NCBI GenBank assembly: GCA_041659505.1
Contig: JBAZYF010000001.1
Coordinates: 101,475 to 165,474, forward strand
Direction of reading: 5' to 3'
DNA: 64,000 nt
Origin: Parcubacteria group bacterium
GTDB taxonomy: Bacteria; Patescibacteriota; Minisyncoccia; Moranbacterales; UBA2206
A program made the translations under genes and the position numbers. Positions 61,315 through 64,000 of the stretch are shown one piece after another (within the stretch, counting starts at the first letter, position 1; the number at the start of each line of letters is the position of its first letter). Below the pieces are notes generated by a model. The model saw only the letters and a list, made by a program, of their open reading frames with translations, was not told the DNA's origin and ran no database searches.

Positions 61315-62463
61315 CTAATACACAATCACCGGAGTGCCAACCTCGGCCCAGTCGTAGACGATTTTGGCCGGTCCGACGCCCAAGCGCATACAACCATGCG
61401 AAACGGGGATCCCCAGGTGATTGGCGCCTTCCTTGTAGCCTCCTGGCCACTCCGGTAGCTCGTGGATGCCGAATTTACCACCTGGAACGATAGCCATCCA
61501 GTTAGGCATATAGAGACCGTAGGCTTTGGAATAGGCACGCGGCGTTTTATTGTAAATCTGGTGCGTACCGACCGGCGTTTCCATTCCCCGCTTGCCTGAT
61601 GAAATCAGAAAAGCGTCGAGCAGTGTTCCGCTTTCAAAGGTGGTCATTATTTGAGTAGCCAGATTAACATCAATATATTTCCCTTCGGTTATTTTGGCCT
61701 TGGTATATTTTTTCGCTTGATCGATGCGGAGCGCATGATCTTTTTCCCAAACAACTGGAGTAGGCTTCAATGTTTCAAACACTCCATCATAAATCTGCTT
61801 GTAGTTTTCATCCCCGTCCTCCGTCACTTTAGCAAATATTTTCAACGTATATTTTATACCATTTTCAATATTGCTTTTTGGTAAAATTTTAAATTGAGTC
61901 TTCTGGGGATTGAGCTGGTAATCCAAGCCATTGCCTGGATTTAGGACAAATTTGATGTAATAATTTTCAACTGATCGATTGAAATTGACCATAATCGGAT
62001 CTTCTGCTCCCAAAACCACATCTGTCGCGCCATCAACTGGAAAAACTGATCCTATCTCTGGAAGTCCAGCTACAGAAAAAGCTAGCTTTCTGTCTAAAAT
62101 TTTGGTCAGCATCGTTGTGCGCCCTTCTGGCAGACTGATTACATAGCTCACTGTAGGCTGCCAAAAAGTTCTCGGGGTGATAGTCAATTTTCTTTTTGCC
62201 TCATCAAAATCAAACGTCACTTTTTCATCTGGAATAATTTTTATCCCTTTTGCATAATCAGCATTCCAGACCGGTACAGAAAAATTAATTTCAACCGCCT
62301 CTTTCACGCCAACATCTTTTGTTTTCTTCACTACGACATTTTCCTGATAAGCTTTCCCATAAAACTGCCAGCCATAAAAAGCGATCAAACTCAAAGAAGC
62401 CAAAATCAAGCAAAATAAAAATGTTTTGACGAAAAGTTGGAAGAAGTTTGATTTTTTTTGCAT
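61315..62463 (-). CDS. L,D-transpeptidase (YkuD) with Ig-like domains
   Basis: TM anchor, ISSG...TP.G, GIHELP...SHGCMRL. Confidence 0.9.
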   Translation of the reverse strand: MQKKSNFFQLFVKTFLFCLILASLSLIAFYGWQFYGKAYQENVVVKKTKDVGVKEAVEINFSVPVWNADYAKGIKIIPDEKVTFDFDEAKRKLTITPRTFWQPTVSYVISLPEGRTTMLTKILDRKLAFSVAGLPEIGSVFPVDGATDVVLGAEDPIMVNFNRSVENYYIKFVLNPGNGLDYQLNPQKTQFKILPKSNIENGIKYTLKIFAKVTEDGDENYKQIYDGVFETLKPTPVVWEKDHALRIDQAKKYTKAKITEGKYIDVNLATQIMTTFESGTLLDAFLISSGKRGMETPVGTHQIYNKTPRAYSKAYGLYMPNWMAIVPGGKFGIHELPEWPGGYKEGANHLGIPVSHGCMRLGVGPAKIVYDWAEVGTPVIVY

Positions 62464-62466
62464 AAA

Positions 62467-63483
62467 TTATTGATTATGAAACATCCCTTTCGCCGTGTCC
62501 CACAGTTCTGGGTGATTATTATTCACTTTCAACCAATACCACCACTCCGCGCCCCAGAGATAGATTTCTGGAAAACCAACTTGCCGGGCGAAGGAAACAT
62601 TATCCTGCAGTTTTTGGACATTCATTGACTCAAATTGTTTTTCCAGAGGTTGATTAGTTGTCCAGCCATTGATCCATGGTTCCGCTTGCAACTCAATCAC
62701 AATTGCATTGTCATTTTTGACAAACAACTGATTCATCCAATATTTGAATTGAAAAAAGCGCGGACCGATCGGATAGGTATAAAAAAGATCATATTTAGCA
62801 GTATAAATCGTCCGGTACATTGTCGTACCGAAAATATCCGCCCGAGAAATTGCATTGTACCATAAGCTAAGTTCTCCCGAATCAGTCACGATGATTTTTC
62901 GACTGGGGTCAGTTTTGTGCGCCATCGCGATTTCACTATCCAATAGATTTTTGTCCAAGACCGGACACTCCCCAAATTTCAAAAACGGCTCATTCTCAAT
63001 CTGCCAATATTTGACCGCCTTAGAATTTTTATAATGCTCAACCACGACCCGCACAAATTCCACCAGCTCCATTTTTCTCTTAGCATCATCATTTTTGAGA
63101 TATTCCGGGATGAAACATTCTGGCCAACGTGGCACTTTTTGTCCAACGGCGAGAATTATTTCGGCATTGCGTTTTTCGGCCTCCTGCATCTGCCAATCTA
63201 GATCAGTAAAATCATATTGACCTTCTTGCGGTTCCACCCAATCCCAATAGACCGGCACACGGATCTTTTTCACACCCAAATCATCCAAAGTAGCAAGGTA
63301 GGCCGCGCGCCAATCCAGACCAATATCCTCAGCGTAGCGCTTGGAAAAGGTGACACCCAGTTTTGCGTCAGTATTTTCTTTGGCTACAGGAATATTAAAA
63401 AAAATCAGAATTACACAAGCAAGAGCAAAGATGACGAGGAAGGTTTTGAAGATAATTTTGAGCACTTTTTTTGTTTTTTGCAT
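62467..63483 (-). CDS. Membrane-anchored GH-A clan glycoside hydrolase
   Basis: W..VEPQEG.YDF..LD, WQIENEP (acid/base), IELQAEPW (nucleophile), WGAEWW. Confidence 0.75.
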   Translation of the reverse strand: MQKTKKVLKIIFKTFLVIFALACVILIFFNIPVAKENTDAKLGVTFSKRYAEDIGLDWRAAYLATLDDLGVKKIRVPVYWDWVEPQEGQYDFTDLDWQMQEAEKRNAEIILAVGQKVPRWPECFIPEYLKNDDAKRKMELVEFVRVVVEHYKNSKAVKYWQIENEPFLKFGECPVLDKNLLDSEIAMAHKTDPSRKIIVTDSGELSLWYNAISRADIFGTTMYRTIYTAKYDLFYTYPIGPRFFQFKYWMNQLFVKNDNAIVIELQAEPWINGWTTNQPLEKQFESMNVQKLQDNVSFARQVGFPEIYLWGAEWWYWLKVNNNHPELWDTAKGMFHNQ

Positions 63484-63496
63484 TTTTGTTTCTGCC

Positions 63497-63665
63497 GTGT
63501 CATTCCCGCGAAGGCGGGAATCCAGGTTCCACTAGTTATGTATTATAAAAAAATGAATTATAAATTCTCAGATTTCATATTACAGCTTGTTTATTTTTTA
63601 TTTGTTCGTTTTCTCTAAAAGTTAAGCCTGAGGTATCTGGATCCCCGCCTTCGCGGGGATGACAC
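63497..63665. mobile_element. REPIN/MITE-like element, copy 3
   Basis: Same termini as copies 1 and 2, with a diverged AT-rich core. Confidence 0.8.
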
Positions 63666-63672
63666 GAATTAA

Positions 63673-64000
63673 TTATCTCTTCACATGCGAAACCAGTCCG
63701 ATTCCAACGGCAATAATAATAATCGCTAAAATCTTCTGCAGAACGGTTTTCCAATCTTTTTTTTCTTGCATCACTTCGGGCACCCAGGCGGAAAAAAGGA
63801 TGCTGAGGATGAAAATAAAGACATATTCGACAGAAACCAGTGCGCTCACGATCGTCACACTAGCTGTGGCCAGTGAGGTGGCATATTCTTTCAGAAACGA
63901 TCCACTGCCACCCATAATTTTGGCCAGCACAAAAGAAGCGCCTGATTTTTGGTGGTCTTTTTGGGGCTTTTTAAATTTCAAAAGTGAACCCAAGATGGCT
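63673..64000 (-). CDS. EamA/DMT-like membrane protein (C-terminal part)
   Basis: SVTIVSAL..VEYVF...KILAIIIIAVG. Confidence 0.6.
   Translation of the reverse strand, partial: AILGSLLKFKKPQKDHQKSGASFVLAKIMGGSGSFLKEYATSLATASVTIVSALVSVEYVFIFILSILFSAWVPEVMQEKKDWKTVLQKILAIIIIAVGIGLVSHVKR

Overview
Chromosomal window from an AT-rich bacterium using the standard code. It is most likely Patescibacteria/CPR (Parcubacteria-like), inferred from SD-less core genes, an HhH-less UvrC, an Arg-type EF-P, a long tmRNA tag and the palindromic repeat content. Left: a two-component pair, then a ~15 kb tandem array of eight secreted beta-helix paralogues with conserved, patchwork-converted termini, hypervariable cores and a shared C-terminal IGAYE...PSGLxV(E/D) tag, interrupted by an AAA+/DUF4143 ATPase. 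Middle: a solitary groEL with CIRCE and an NER/SOS neighbourhood (two uvrA, uvrB, uvrC, lexA-like gene, truncated dinD), interspersed with one- or two-gene ORFan cassettes that, unlike the core genes, carry strong SD sites, often a boxA-like motif, and their own terminators. Right: housekeeping genes (manC, secG, oppA-like, pgi/pmi, manB, trpS, rnj, ychF, uppP, rpsF-ssb-rpsR, efp, smpB-ssrA, infC-rpmI-rplT). Several families of short palindromic elements are scattered throughout. They nest inside each other, insert in frame into uvrA, uvrB and uvrC, and one family brackets a DUF559 nuclease gene. No CRISPR array, rRNA, tRNA, transposase, integrase or reverse transcriptase was seen. All assignments are by eye; no searches were run.
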